A DNA stretch of 64,000 bases from Tubiluchus corallicola (lineage: Eukaryota; Animalia; Priapulida). Below are positions 48,438 through 61,470 of the stretch, one piece after another. The stretch covers positions 124,001 to 188,000 of the forward strand of contig JAQGDQ010000204.1 in the NCBI GenBank assembly GCA_030141605.1, read 5' to 3'. Every line of letters begins with the position of its first letter. Positions within the stretch are counted from its first letter, which is position 1. Under the pieces are notes generated by a model, which was given only the letters and a program-made list of their open reading frames with translations, was not told the origin of the DNA and did not search any database. Position numbers and translations under genes: made by a program.

Positions 48438-51400
48438 ATGCCGCTAAATAAAACAGGTAATTTTTACATTTTACTTGTCACATTGTTGCTAATATTACGA
48501 TTATAATAACTGTAATTAACGATGCTGTGGTGTAATCTTGTATACTAACAACATGGTTGTCGTTTTGTATGATGCTGGTTATAGTACTGAAGGCTAAAAC
48601 TTTTACAAAGTTTTAGTATATTTGCAGTAAACTATTATTGTTATGCGTAATTTCCCACTAAATAAGTAACTGTAACATCAAAAAGTCGCGTTAACAAGTG
48701 TAAAATTTAATGAATCAAAACACAGTAAATGTCGCATTGTTCAGCTGATAACGTGTCATTGGTTTTAATCAACGACGTAAAACTGAAGCAATTCAATGCA
48801 TTAAGGTCTGTAATAGAGCTACCTATTAGGAAAAATGGTGAAAATCCAAATTACCATCGAAGCTGTACAGAAGAATTTTGAGTTTTTCTTAACAAGCAGA
48901 TATAAGGCTGGTCTGAACGGGTAAACTTTTTTTACTGATTATCAACAGAAAATCTTTGAATCTGTCTCAAGCTAAGCCTGATTGCTTAATATACAAAATA
49001 TAAGTTAACTGTAAAATGCCAAGCATTTTTCCTATAACAAGCAAGCGGAGCTTAAAGGACAAGGAAAGGTGTTCCTGAAGTAGGTTTCAGAAAAATCGCC
49101 TTAAAAGTTATAATAGTGTTAGCAAATTTAAGCGTATTTTATACTCGCGTTAAAAGGAATTCTTGTTTGTTTTCATTTCAAATTTGCCGCTATACTGTTC
49201 CGACAGCGCTATTACATAACGTCAACTACGCACAACATAAATCAGGGGAAGAAAAGGCAATGTTAAACTATGTCCCAAAAACTTATTTTTTAAACTCATT
49301 TTAAACGGCTTATAGTCAAAATAGCTGCATTTAACGGTCATCGTGGGAGTTTAAATTTTCGAGTTTTGTACAGTATTTCTGCTAGCGCAAACTCAGTATG
49401 CAGTAAGACAACATATAAGTAATATAAAATTTCAAGACAAATTTTTTTAAGCTTTCTGTAAGTGGAGGGTTTCTTGTGCTTTAAGCTTAATTATCTTAAC
49501 AGGTAAGTTTAACTACGCCATATCTCGGAAAAATGCAGAATCAATGAAAGATGCCAAGAAGACTTCAAAAGAAAAACATGAAGAGGCAAATAATGATGGT
49601 CATTGGCTGAAAAAAGAGATCGGTTTATTGAGTGCGGTTGGGATCATCGTGGGTACAATGATTGGTAAGTGAAATATGCATGCGTAGAGAAGTCATCGCG
49701 TTCTTTAACAGTGTCACTTAAATTTATTTCTCCTGATTTTACACATCAGTCCAACTTAATTCTTACCCGCGTCTTGAGCTTGGCAAAACTTTGTCTTCCT
49801 TGAGTAAGTGCTTTGTGTCTAATTTTTCCCCTATATTTCATATATCGAACATTGAACATTAAGTTCGACATAGAAATGTGACATAGATTTTTTTGAGTTC
49901 TTTACATGCAGTTTTTTTATAATACATAGATACACTGCAATCTCTGATTAACGGTTGTTTAAAAATGTTTAAAAACTTGCATTTTTGGCCGCAATTGTTA
50001 TTAAGGAATCACTAATTACATATTAAAATGCTATTTTTAAGTTCTGTTTATCTAGGTCTGTAATAGTATTTTTGTTTTATATCCCGTTTTGTTGTAATTA
50101 AAGGTTCAGGGATATTTATATCACCAAAAATAGTGCTACGCCGAACAGGTAGTGTTGGAGCGAGCTTAATTATATGGGCTGTTTGTGGCATTCTTAACAT
50201 GATAGGTAAAGTGATTTATTAAGTTTAGTTAATATTTTCTATGTTAGTTTAGTTACTTGTTAATAACATTATGTTTTTACCACGCACGATAGCAAAAATT
50301 TACAGTAGTGCGTCGAGTCCGATGAAACTTTATAGAACATAGGCCCTACTACTCTATTTGTGGCACAATAATAAATGTAACCATCTGCTTGTAACCAGTA
50401 AGACATAATCAATGGTTAATCTGTCAAAAATACTTGGAAATTGTAAATCACTTCACAGTGATTTAATCGCGAGATTCTGTGCCTATATTACTGAATATCG
50501 CATGCATTTTCTGAAGCTTATTTTGCAACTTCGACATTACAGTACGAATCACATAAATTTTTTGAACGTAAAGTAGTAGGTGAAAGTTTCAAAGTTAAAG
50601 CTGTTGGTAATACATTCAATTCAATTCAACTTTATTTTTTCAATAATTGTTAAAAATGTGACAAAATTATTTGACTATACAGGTATGAGCAGCTCTGCAG
50701 AATATGTCTGACGCAGCTCTCGGACACAAATTTGAGTCAGACAGTTTTATTGCAGACAGATTTTTTAAAGTGTGCGACTAGCATAACGTTTAAGAAGAAT
50801 ACCAGAAAGCTAATCAATGTATCTTCATTTGCACTACGGCTTAAGCCCGAATAAGTATAAAATATCACATTTAAAGCGTTCTTTTCTATTTTGAGAATGA
50901 TTTCGTTTCATAATCTACGTTACATTACGTAAAATTGTATCTCACTTTAAAGATCTTTGATTATGCATGGCCAGTGTTTTTATACTTCTGTGTTTTTTGT
51001 ATTTTTCATTAGCATTGCTTTAGTTTTTTCTGGGTGATTTTGTGTCCCTTTTGAAATGTGATATCCTTATGTGTTAGTAATATAAAATACGTCCAAAAAT
51101 TAATATTAACAATTTCGTGTGATCTTTTTCCTTTTTCTTTCTTAGTCTTTCACCTGAAGATGAACTATAGAGTTAGTTTTTTTATAAACATATTTTTATT
51201 TATTATTTTTCACCTATAATGTGGCTTTGGCTAACAGCAAAGGTGATGTAAAGATCTCAAGCAAGATATAAAATAAGTTTTACAAGTTAGAAACAATCCA
51301 CAACAAAATGTGACTGCATGATCTAAGAAAATACAAGTCTGTTAAATCTACTTAAATCTGCCAGTATTCTTCATAAGCTTTTGAACTAGTTCCAAAAGTG

Positions 51401-54400
51401 TAATATTTTGGTCATAGTTTAGCAAATGAATACCATTCAAAAGAACAAAAATTAAAGACTCAGTGTATAAATTGAGCTTATTAATTGGTATTATGTTATT
51501 TTGATACATGGTGGATAAATTGTATGCAAGTTGCTCTGTACTTGCATTATAAAGAGGGAATTCGAGCATGAAGTGTACGACGGATTCAGTAACAAAACCA
51601 CACAAACATTTTTTATCCACAGTATTGCCATACTGATATATTGATAGAGCTAGTTTAAAACGTCGTAGTGGAATTTTTTTATTAATAGACCAAGGGAACT
51701 TAATACCTATAAGCAGTTGTTTCTTTGCAGTTGCCCTGTGTTACCTTGAACTAGGTACAATGATACGTGTGTCTGGTGGTGATTATGCGTACCTTATGGA
51801 AGCATTTGGTCAGTCGAAGAAGCATAAGTTCTTGGGACCTCTTCCGGCTTATTTGTACTCATGGATCAATATTGTGGTTTCCAGGCCGGGAAGCATTGCA
51901 ATCATGACCATGACGTTTGCTCGATATGCAGTTAATCCGTTTTTTGGAGAATGTGGAGCTCCCGTGTTCCTCACCAAGTTATGTGCGATTTGTGCAGTTA
52001 GTAAGTGAACAAATAAGATGCTAAATGATTTGTTTATAACGACAAAGTGATAAATCAGCAACGGCGAGCCTTTCATGCAATAAAGCACAAAAGTACAATG
52101 GAAAAACAACGATATACGCTAAACAGCCAAACATAATATCACCACACATAAACCGAATCTTGAGAGAGTCTGCTTAGCGTGGCTGTATATAGTAATTTAT
52201 GCTGTTTCATTTTTTGCTTTGGCTTAATGCTTATCCTGTCAACATCCTTTCCTGTTTAAATATCAAAAATTTATTATTATAGTGCTGAGATTATTTCTAC
52301 TATCGATCGACGCTATACTCGTAGCAGCATCGAGTTATTTAAGCAAGTTTCCACTGATAAGTCGAAACACGTTTTACCTCAATTGTATATGTACAAATCA
52401 CAAATATTATTGCTACAGCGTTAAGCTAAATGGCGTGAAACTATTTTCTCTCACATGTTATGTTGCTCAATACTAAGTTTTACATTTTTCTTTACTGTTT
52501 CTTACTATTATTATAATTACTAGTTTCTTATTATTTTGAATTTAATTAATCACTTTATTTGCAGTGGTCATCGCTACAGTGAATTGCTACAATGTGAAAG
52601 TTGCTACAAGGTTACAGAATTTCTACATGTTTGCTAAGCTCTCAGCTTTGGTAATAATAATCATCGGCGGCATTGTTAATTTAATTAAAGGTAACGTTGT
52701 TTTTACTATTAAAATCATTCAAGACTGTTTCGACTGTCTGTTTTTGGATGCGAAACGATATGCGGAACATCAAAGCTTGGTTATGTCACTCATGTTGGTG
52801 TTTTGTCTGAAAGCATCACAGGCTACAGTTTTCATCGTAGGATGAAGATATCATTTCATAGACAAACGAAGCCCGATTTTTCTTTTTCAAAATACGGCCC
52901 TTAAATAAGCCAATTATGGATCACATTGTTACATTTTGTGGTTTCTTTTAATTCATTCTAATGATTGAATCTGTATGAATAGGTCTGGTCTAACAACGAG
53001 TATCCCAAATTTTTATTAAAAAACGGTTTCTGCGAGAACGGTAACGTTTTTATGATTTACCTTTAACTTTACGAAATGAGCAAGTAGAACGTGCTGCATC
53101 CAAGTACAATAGTACTTCCACTCTAGTTGTCCGCGATAGGAATCTTATGTTAAATAGAAGTAAAATATTATTTAGCTTTATTGTTAATATTAGTTATACA
53201 CATTATCCTGTTATGGGTCCAGATAAAGACGTGCGCCATGCGTGACACGGCACGTCATAGCTACGTGGCATACCATTTGTTCGTTTGTTTGTCTGTCTGC
53301 CTGTCCATTGTATGGTCGTTTCTTCCATTATGTGGAATACTCAAGCTTACATAGTTATGTAACTGCTGATCGACAGTCTTTTCGCTCTGCCTAAATTTAC
53401 GTAATTTGTATCGGAAGACTTTAGTTTACCTGAGTTATGAACTGTAGTTGCGTTCTTTATGCTTACAAAATTTTAACGTGTATGCAGTTTTCTTGCCAAA
53501 CTTTTGATATCATTTAACTGCGACTATGTATTTCTAAGCTTCATAATTTTGCAATTTCATTTGCAATCATTGATTCATTTGCAATTTTAGGACATCTAAG
53601 TTAAAATAAGCTCCTTTGCTATGTTCACCCATTCGTTTGTTCATCCATTCATTCCATCGATTCATTCGTTTGTTCGTTCTTTCCTTCCTTCGTTCATTCA
53701 TTCATTTGTTCATTTGTTCGTTCGTTTCACTGATTGATTGATTCATTCATTCATTCATTAGCTCATTCATTCGTTTATGTTTTTATTCATAATTTATTTT
53801 GTTGCTTGCTTTGTTCAGAAACTTCTCCCTTTTCAGAGAGTCATTTCATCCTATATCACAATTATGTACGTTTTACAGTACAGAATTTTAGTACCACAGG
53901 CCTGAATTAGCTAGTCTGCTGCTTTCTAGCGCATGACGTTCGAGTATCTTCGTCTTTTTATGCCTATGACACGACACACAAAGGCGTCCAGCTCCCATAA
54001 GCGAGAAAGTCTATATTGTCAATGAGTGATGAAACCAGAAATTTTGGCAGAGGAAGCTGGAAGCCAGACACTGCATCACAGAAAATTAGGAATTAAAGCT
54101 ACATGATAAAAACAGTTAGGTAGGGTTTTTATTCTTCACACACAACTGCAGGCGATCGCAATCGTAATTCGCTAAAAACCCATTCAAAAAAAGTGAAAAT
54201 TGTTACTGCAATAACGGAAGCACGAAATCGTCAAATTTGTATTTGATTTTCAGGATACACGGGAAATTTGCAATATGGCATGGAAGGAGCAACCTTGTCA
54301 CCTTCTGAAATAGCTTTAGCCATGTATGGTGGCAACTGGGCGTACGCTGGCTGGCATAATTTGAATATGGTTGTAGAAGAAGTGAAAAACCCAAATAAGT

Positions 54401-57400
54401 ACGTAAAGTGACAAATTATAATTTTAAAAAAGCCACGAAGCAACCGTAACGTCTCAATGAACAAAACGTCAAATGATAATGTAAGCAACTACATCCTTCT
54501 ATGTAAACCATTTCGATCGTTAATGACGCTTATCTTCAGTCAATGATTTTAGGAGTTTAAATAGAAGGATAAAGTTGCTTGTATTATCGTTAATCTTTTT
54601 TTGTTTGTTGTTAAAGTTCAGTATATAAGAAACTCGTGCGTGCAAAAATTAAAATTTAGTGTCTAGATCAGAATCATTCAATCTCTTTATTTTGCAGAAC
54701 TGTGCCTCGAGCTATGCTAATTGCCGTTCCACTAGTGACAGTAATTTACATAATGACGAACATATCGTATTTTACAGTGATGACAAAGGAGGAACTCCTT
54801 GCCTCACCAGCCGTTGCAATGGTGCGTAAGATCTCGATTTTTCTCTTTTTCTTTTTGTTTTTTTATACTATTTATACTGACGCAAAACACATTCTTACTA
54901 AAATTTTACTATGTATTTTCTACATAGACATGGGGCAACGCAATGCTTGGTGTTATGGCATGGATTATCCCTGCCTCAGTAGCATTCTCAACATTTGGCT
55001 GCTGTGCTTGCAGTTTTTTTAGTACAGGACGGTAAGTAAATTCTTGCAATATTACATCACCAACTTCAACCAACTTTCAGTAGTGAAGTGTATTGGTTCG
55101 CTTCATAAAGTAGTGCCAGCTTCAACTTCTGTGATACGTGATTATTTTGAATTAAAACGCGCGTAGTTACACAAAGAATTATTGAGCAAAGATGAAAATA
55201 CTTTATCGTATTGAACCACAAAATAGCGCTGAAGAAAGACAAGCAGTCATCAGAAGTAGCTGTTAAAGATTTCTGGGCTTCCAAGCTTATGTGGATTCTC
55301 AACATAGAGCCTCGAAAGCGAAAATCTTATTTGTTTTTGCAAACAGATACAGCTTACTTTGTCAAAGTTGAGTAAAATGACTTTGTAATTAATGTACGTA
55401 TAATTTGGTCAGTAATGCACAAACCGAATGCTATGAAACTGCGAATCGTATGCAGCTCTTTTGCAGGCTGCATATCATATGACTTTCAAGGGCATTTTAG
55501 TCAGCTTTGAAGAGCGTTCACCGATATTTGTATTATGCCATTAGCAAATCAAATGAGATATTGGTCTTTAGGGGTTCCATATCGGAGGGCAAAGTCAAAA
55601 CTTACAATATGAGTCTTGCAACTAACTAAGGCCGACTGACATGTTTGCTTTGTTATAGGCTGTGTCACGCTGCAGCGAGAGATGGACATCACCTGTCTCT
55701 TCTGTCATACATATCTATTAACCGCCTTACTCCTTCACCAGCTCTGACATTCTTTGTAAGAAACTAAAATTCTACTGTTTGTGTGTTCAAATGACAACGA
55801 TAATTATGGCGCCAACGACAGTAAAGATGCAGATCATGGTGAATGATGATGATGATGATAATGATGATGACGACGAGGACGACGACAACGACAACAACTT
55901 CGTTAAGACAAGGGTTTAAGCTAGAATAGCTACTGGATAATGAAAAATCACATTTGAAAGATTTTTTGTGCTTAGTAGGACTTATGCCGTTAGTTGATTT
56001 TGTGGCATGTGCTATTAATAGAGGGGTACTCCCATAGAGGGACTTGTTGCACGTTCACGATTTGGTCAAAAGCGGAATTTTTGGTCATTTTATGCGAGTT
56101 ATGTCGGGAGATTGAAGCAAAATCTTTTAGCAAAGTCTTTTATTAATTTATAAAACGTTTTAGCAAGAATGTTTATTATATTAAAAAATATCATTTAAAA
56201 TAATTGCTAAAAGCGTTTGTAGTATTAACTGATTCTTCGATTTATGTTAATTGTTAGCTGTTAACCTTATAACCTTAACATTGTGATTATAACCTTATGG
56301 CGCATTCAGTTGAGAGTTCTCTTGCAACTTGTTGCGCAACTTCTCTCTGATAGTAAAGTTGCAACGTGTGAACGGTTTGGCAACTTCTCTCTCAACTTGT
56401 TGCAACGTGTGAACGGCTTGGCAACTTCTCCCAGAGAGATTGTTGCACAACCAGTTGCGAGAGAAGCGCAGCGTCTGAACGCGAAATTAAACATTCAGAG
56501 ACTGTTGAAAGAATCACTATAACAGTTTACAATTGCTGTGTTACCGAACAAAATTTTTAATGCTAATTATTATCCCCTCAGACATTCAATCTACTAAAAT
56601 AATTACTAATTATAAGCATTTATAGTTGCCTCATTACTAAATCTAATGTTTCATTTATTTAGGCTACAATTGCTATCGTGATGATTATTCCCTCAGACAT
56701 TCAAAGTCTGTTGACTTTTGTCAGTTTTATGAGTTGGTTCAGTCGAGGGTTTTGTATGTTGACACTCATTTTAATGCGTTGGACACGAGCTAATCTGGAG
56801 CGTCCAATAAAGGTAAAGTATTTGTAGTATGAAGAGCATGATATTGTGTTAATCTGTCTGTATGCTTGCCTGCCACTGCAGCATTTTCATGCAATTATAC
56901 ACGTGAATGCACAAGTTTAAAAACATGCTATATGTAGCAGCATAATTAATAAAAGAGAATGAATTTAATTTTCGTTAAGATTAGCGTAATACGATTGCGA
57001 TCGCCTGCAGTTATGTGCGAAGAATAAAAACAATAAATCTCTGCTATTATCATGTAGATTTAGTTCCTAATTTTCTATTATGCATACATCAGTTGAAGAA
57101 TCCAGTGTCTGGCTAAATACCTAAAAATGAGGTAGTAGCTATAATTAGTCCAACGTAATGAAAGTAACACAAGACAGGGCACAATAGATATTCACCTCAC
57201 CACTAGTAACCAATGAACTAACCATATGAGCCAATATATATATATATGCGTGTGTGTGTGTGTGTGTGTGTGTGCGTGTGCGCGTGTGCGCGTGTGCGCG
57301 TGTGTGTGTGTCAAGCAAAGAATATTAAATAATTATAATCTTTAATTTATAGGTACCTATTGCCCTACCTGTCATATCTTTGTTATTCAGTATCTTTCTT

Positions 57401-58325
57401 GTGGCGGCACCTATCATCGAGGATCCGAAACTTGGTTATCTGTATGCTGCTCTAGTGTATCTATCAGGAGTTTTATCCTATATACCATTCGTTTATTACA
57501 AACGTCACCCGAATTTCCTGGGTAAGTAAAGAAGGACATTAGATATCACAATAGTCTCCAAATCTTGCCTTTTCATAAAAAATATGTCAATTTTTAAAGA
57601 AGCAATTAGCTTGATTAGGCGTATGAAGAATGCATATTTCTGAAAAAAATGATGTAATTATAGCCGTACGAGGATTAAAGAGATTTACCTGTAATTTAAT
57701 AGCATGTAAATAAAAACATGCTCTGTAGGGCGTCACTAATTATGATAATGATGATGACGATGACGATGGTGATCATGGCTGTGGTGGCGATGATGATGAT
57801 GATGGCGATGGCGATGACGATGATGATGATGGTCATCAAAATGATAATGCTGACCACAATGACGACGACGACGACGATGATGATGAGAAGAAGTAGACGT
57901 AGGAAAAAATGACAATCATAAATGAAATGCTCTTTCTCCTCCTTGCCTGTAAAAACGTATGTGTGTGTACGTGTGTGAGAGAGAACGCGTGCGTGCGTGC
58001 GCGCGCGTGTGTGTGGGTGTGCATGCGTGTAATTTAAATAAAGATTTACCATCGTCGTCATCATCATCATTCTTCCTCGACATTATCTCTATGAATCGTT
58101 GTAGCAGAAAAACAGAAATTTTATTTCTTATAACTAGTTGCGGAGTAATCAGCTAAATGAGTTGCGTGGTTAAACTTCAGCCTTTATACTGCATATATGT
58201 AAATGTGGGTCTTGTTCACTGATGTCGCTAAAATAGTTAATTTCTGTATTATAGGTAAACTAACGATCTGGTGTCAAATGTTTTTCGAGGTTGCTCCGTC
58301 AGATATCGACGACATTGCTTTTTAA
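48438..58325 (+). CDS. SLC7-family heteromeric amino acid transporter light chain (b(0,+)AT/SLC7A9-like, LAT subfamily), about 512 aa
   Basis: Exons 48438-48456 (least certain), 49503-49664, 50104-50205, 51731-52000, 52565-52690, 54254-54398, 54698-54821, 54928-55031, 55659-55755, 56663-56812, 57353-57521 and 58255-58325 join into 1539 nt in one frame. Motifs: [38 protein letters not shown], heavy-chain-linking Cys in [41 protein letters not shown]. Confidence 0.93.
51190..51625 (-). mobile_element. 5'-truncated LINE fragment (ORF2 C-terminal zinc-knuckle region plus 3' UTR) in an SLC7 intron
   Basis: ORF 51348-51620 reads [20 protein letters not shown]...LLNG...[19 protein letters not shown], a degenerate CCHC knuckle with a T.RF terminus. 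An A-rich tail lies near 51190-51210 on the minus strand. Confidence 0.7.
54062..54175 (+). repeat. Interspersed repeat, copy A (inverted partner at 56981-57114)
   Basis: AGCCAGACACTG...AGAAAATTAGGAA.TAAA.CTACATGATAA...TTTTTATTCTTC.CACA.AACTGCAGGCGATCGCAATCGTA...CGCTAA. Confidence 0.85.
56298..56486. mobile_element. PIF/Harbinger-like MITE, about 190 bp
   Basis: Imperfect inverted arms TTCTCTTGCAACTTGTTGCGCAAC (56317-56340) and GTTGCACAACCAGTTGCGAGAGAA (56442-56465), two internal direct copies of GTTGCAACGTGTGAACGG.TTGGCAACTTCTC, and TTA on both flanks. Confidence 0.6.
56981..57114 (-). repeat. Interspersed repeat, copy B (reverse complement of 54062-54175)
   Basis: Includes a 23-bp perfect reverse complement: 56990-57012 versus 54144-54166. 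Confidence 0.85.
57235..57311. repeat. (TA)n(GT)n(GTGCGC)n compound microsatellite
   Basis: Read directly. Confidence 0.9.
57740..58030. repeat. Degenerate (ATG/ACG)n tract followed by a (GT/GC)n tract
   Basis: Read directly; lies in the last SLC7 intron. Confidence 0.8.
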
Positions 58326-59190
58326 ATATTTTCTTTGTAATGACGGTATATGTTTTTACTGAAGCATAAATTTTATGTACTTATAGGAGGTAGAATATTT
58401 CTTAGCATCCAATAATTTTCAGACGCAGAGCATTTTGAGGCTACAATTTTTTGTGTTTTTGCCACATGTTTTTTTTGTATGAATATGTATCTCAAAAGTT
58501 GAAATAAAAAATATTTGCGTGTACAGTAATAAGAATAAAATTACCCAATGCTGAATATCTAGAATGTTTTGTTTGATATCGAATGCGTTATTTAGTTTTT
58601 TTTTTATTCAGTTCTGCACACTACAAGCTAGAATCCGTCACTTCCTGGCGAGGCCTAAAATTGCTACAGTTGTGACTTGTGACATGACTAGAACTATGTA
58701 ATCGAGAAAATTGTTTTTAATTTTTCTCCTTTCATTGTTGTTACTGAAATTAAAGCAATACAATTAGGAATACACTTATAATTAAGCAAACGTAGATTAT
58801 AACTTAAGACAGATCTTGTTGGAAATTTGCGTTGTCTAGCAAAATGACTCTATCTCTGTTCATGCAAAGTGATATAAAATTCAACGAATGCTTTTCAAAT
58901 TGTTTACTTGGGCAAGAATTTTTACTAATATATCATATTGCCAGATTGTTCAAGGGTTCCCCATTTGAAGCTTAATACAAAGAACAAGGTGCAAAAAGAC
59001 AAAGTATAATTCGTCTAAAACATGTGACACTTTTAACTTTTTAGAGGTCACTAATGATCAATATGTATCTTCACAAATTTTTGTCTGTTCTGAAATTCTA
59101 CGATTCGACATGCTTAGCTTTTTTCCCGATAGAGGACAGTACTAGTCAGTCTCGTATGGCTTCAGCGAGCAGTATGAAGCCGCACTAAGT

Positions 59191-59219
59191 ACGCATGCGC
59201 CTTTCGCTGCGCAGCCAAT
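59191..59219 (+). promoter_or_regulatory. Possible promoter with an NRF1-like CGCATGCGC and a CCAAT box
   Basis: ACGCATGCGC at 59191-59200 and CCAAT at 59215-59219 in a CpG-enriched patch, followed by a strong GTAAGT donor at 59601. Confidence 0.35.
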
Positions 59220-60756
59220 AGACATTAATTACGGTTAGAAATTTGTATGTGGTGCGAGTTTGACTTAATCAGGGCAGTACAGACCAGTGGTTATTGTTGA
59301 ACCGTTAAAGTAATTATGCATATACTGGATGAGAAGCGCCTAATTGTATTGAGTGCAAATTTATTGCGGGCAGTCGCTGCAACAACTGACAAACGAAATT
59401 GGCTTCAATGACATTATCAGTCAAGTCTTAACATAAACGCCTACCCCTCGATGAGTTGTGGTTAATCTTCAAAGAAATGAAAATAAGTTTTCCTCTGCAC
59501 CGTAGGTTTAACAAGATTTAATGTTTTCGGTTTTATCTTAAAGTTCAATAATAATCTCGCAGAAGACAGCTGGAAGAAGAAAACGACTGAGAAGCAAGGC
59601 GTAAGTACCAAATTTTCTGCAAAAGTTATATTAATCGTTGTATTAAGCCTTGTAATAAAAGCTGGCCTTAATACAATTGCTTTTTAAAGAATGACATAAG
59701 TTTCACACTTCATTGCTGTTGTTGTAAATTAATCAGATGAAAGAATTTTTCTTCCTACAAATATAAATTCATGTCTTTTAGTAGAATGGATTTTTTTAAT
59801 ATCTGAATTTCTGTTTACTATTTTGGTATCTGTGAGAAGGCGATGTAGCGAAATGCATAAAACGTATACGATATCCACACTGAATTTTTATTTTTCTAAA
59901 TTTTAATATTAATATTTATTTCAATTTTGCATGATAATCAAGCAAAAAAAGCAATAATGTATTAGGGTTGCTGGGAAGTCTGATAGTAACAATTAATGCA
60001 AGAAGGACTTGTTAATCTGCGTCATGTTGATACTGGCTCTGAAATGGATTGATTTTCCTTTAACTGTGATGTGTAGTCAAATGTTAGACTAGCTGTAAAT
60101 TAAAACAACAAACAGCTACTATGCTCTGGAAAAATCACTAGTCGTGTGTGACGTCTTTTGTCCGAGATTTTATAATAATAATGGCGATGACGTCATCTGA
60201 GGATATCGATTGCAAATTTTTGATTTCGACTTTCCATTATCGAAATGAGTTTGCTGGCAGCGAGATGTGGTGTCTTCTATTTGCGAAGAAACGAGCAAAC
60301 AGCGTTTAAAGCGACTGCAACGAAACGGAGAAAGCGCATCGAATCCCAAAAGCACCGTTTACAACTTTGTTGGAGGTAACATTATAGGCTAATCATTTCA
60401 AGAAGCTGTCTGTTATGTGTCTGAAAGTTTTTGTATTAACAGAACTGTACACACAGTAATCTTATTACCTAGAAAATAATACCAAAAGATTTTGTTGATT
60501 TTGATTACATTATTTTTTGTTGGTAATTCGTGACTAAGTAAAAATAACCGTTGTACAAGTTAAGAGATGGAAGAGCTAAAATAAACAGAAGTAAAGGTAG
60601 AGCGCAAGAAAGAACAAGAGAGGCACAATCAAGTACATGCGTGTATGCTAAATAAATTCAAAAAAGGTTAATTAAGGGGATAGACAAAGAATAACAAAAA
60701 GAAAAGATAAAAGGAGAAAGAGCGAGACAAAAAGGCACCAAAGAGAGGGGCGACAA

Positions 60757-60759
<3 letters not shown>

Positions 60760-60804
<45 letters not shown>

Positions 60805-60842
60805 GGAGGGAGGGAGGGAGGGAGGGAGGGAGGGAGGGAGGT

Positions 60843-60877
<35 letters not shown>

Positions 60878-60879
60878 GG

Positions 60880-60971
<92 letters not shown>
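60760..60971. repeat. (AG)n/(GGGA)n microsatellite
   Basis: Read directly. Confidence 0.95.
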
Positions 60972-60974
<3 letters not shown>

Positions 60975-61470
60975 GGGCTACTACTTGTTATACCCTTTGT
61001 TTGACAAAGTCTGGAAGTTAGCTTCTTACTACAGCACAAATTAGCATTGTTGTTGACATGATGATGTCAATATTAATGTAATTTACACCGGAATCGTAGT
61101 GGCGCCATAAATATTTATGAACAACTTAACTACGCTAATTCGCCGTCCTCGGTCAATATTGCGCATGATAAATTCTTCTGTGACTAATTTTATAATCCAG
61201 TCACATAATAAATTGTTTCTGTGCGGAAGCTCGTTATTTACATTGTGCCATAACACGCGCGCGCAGTGTGATGTTCCGCGTTGACGCAACGCAAGTGAAA
61301 CGTGTCGCGAATCGTGTGATCGCACGCAGGGTTTTAATACGTGCTTCGAATGTGTTCACTTCATCATCAGTACCAACGATCGGCATGTAACATTTAGGCG
61401 CAGCGTGTTTTAATGCGCAGGTCAGTATAATTCGATCGTTCGTCTTGCCTGCAGGTGTAATTATAGTCGT

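Noticed and set aside
57696-58156. Hydrophobic and Met-rich ORFs
   Set aside because: They arise from degenerate trinucleotide and dinucleotide repeats in the last SLC7 intron.
60668-61039. 123-aa SL/PPSL-repeat ORF
   Set aside because: It is the translation of the (AG)n/(GGGA)n microsatellite.
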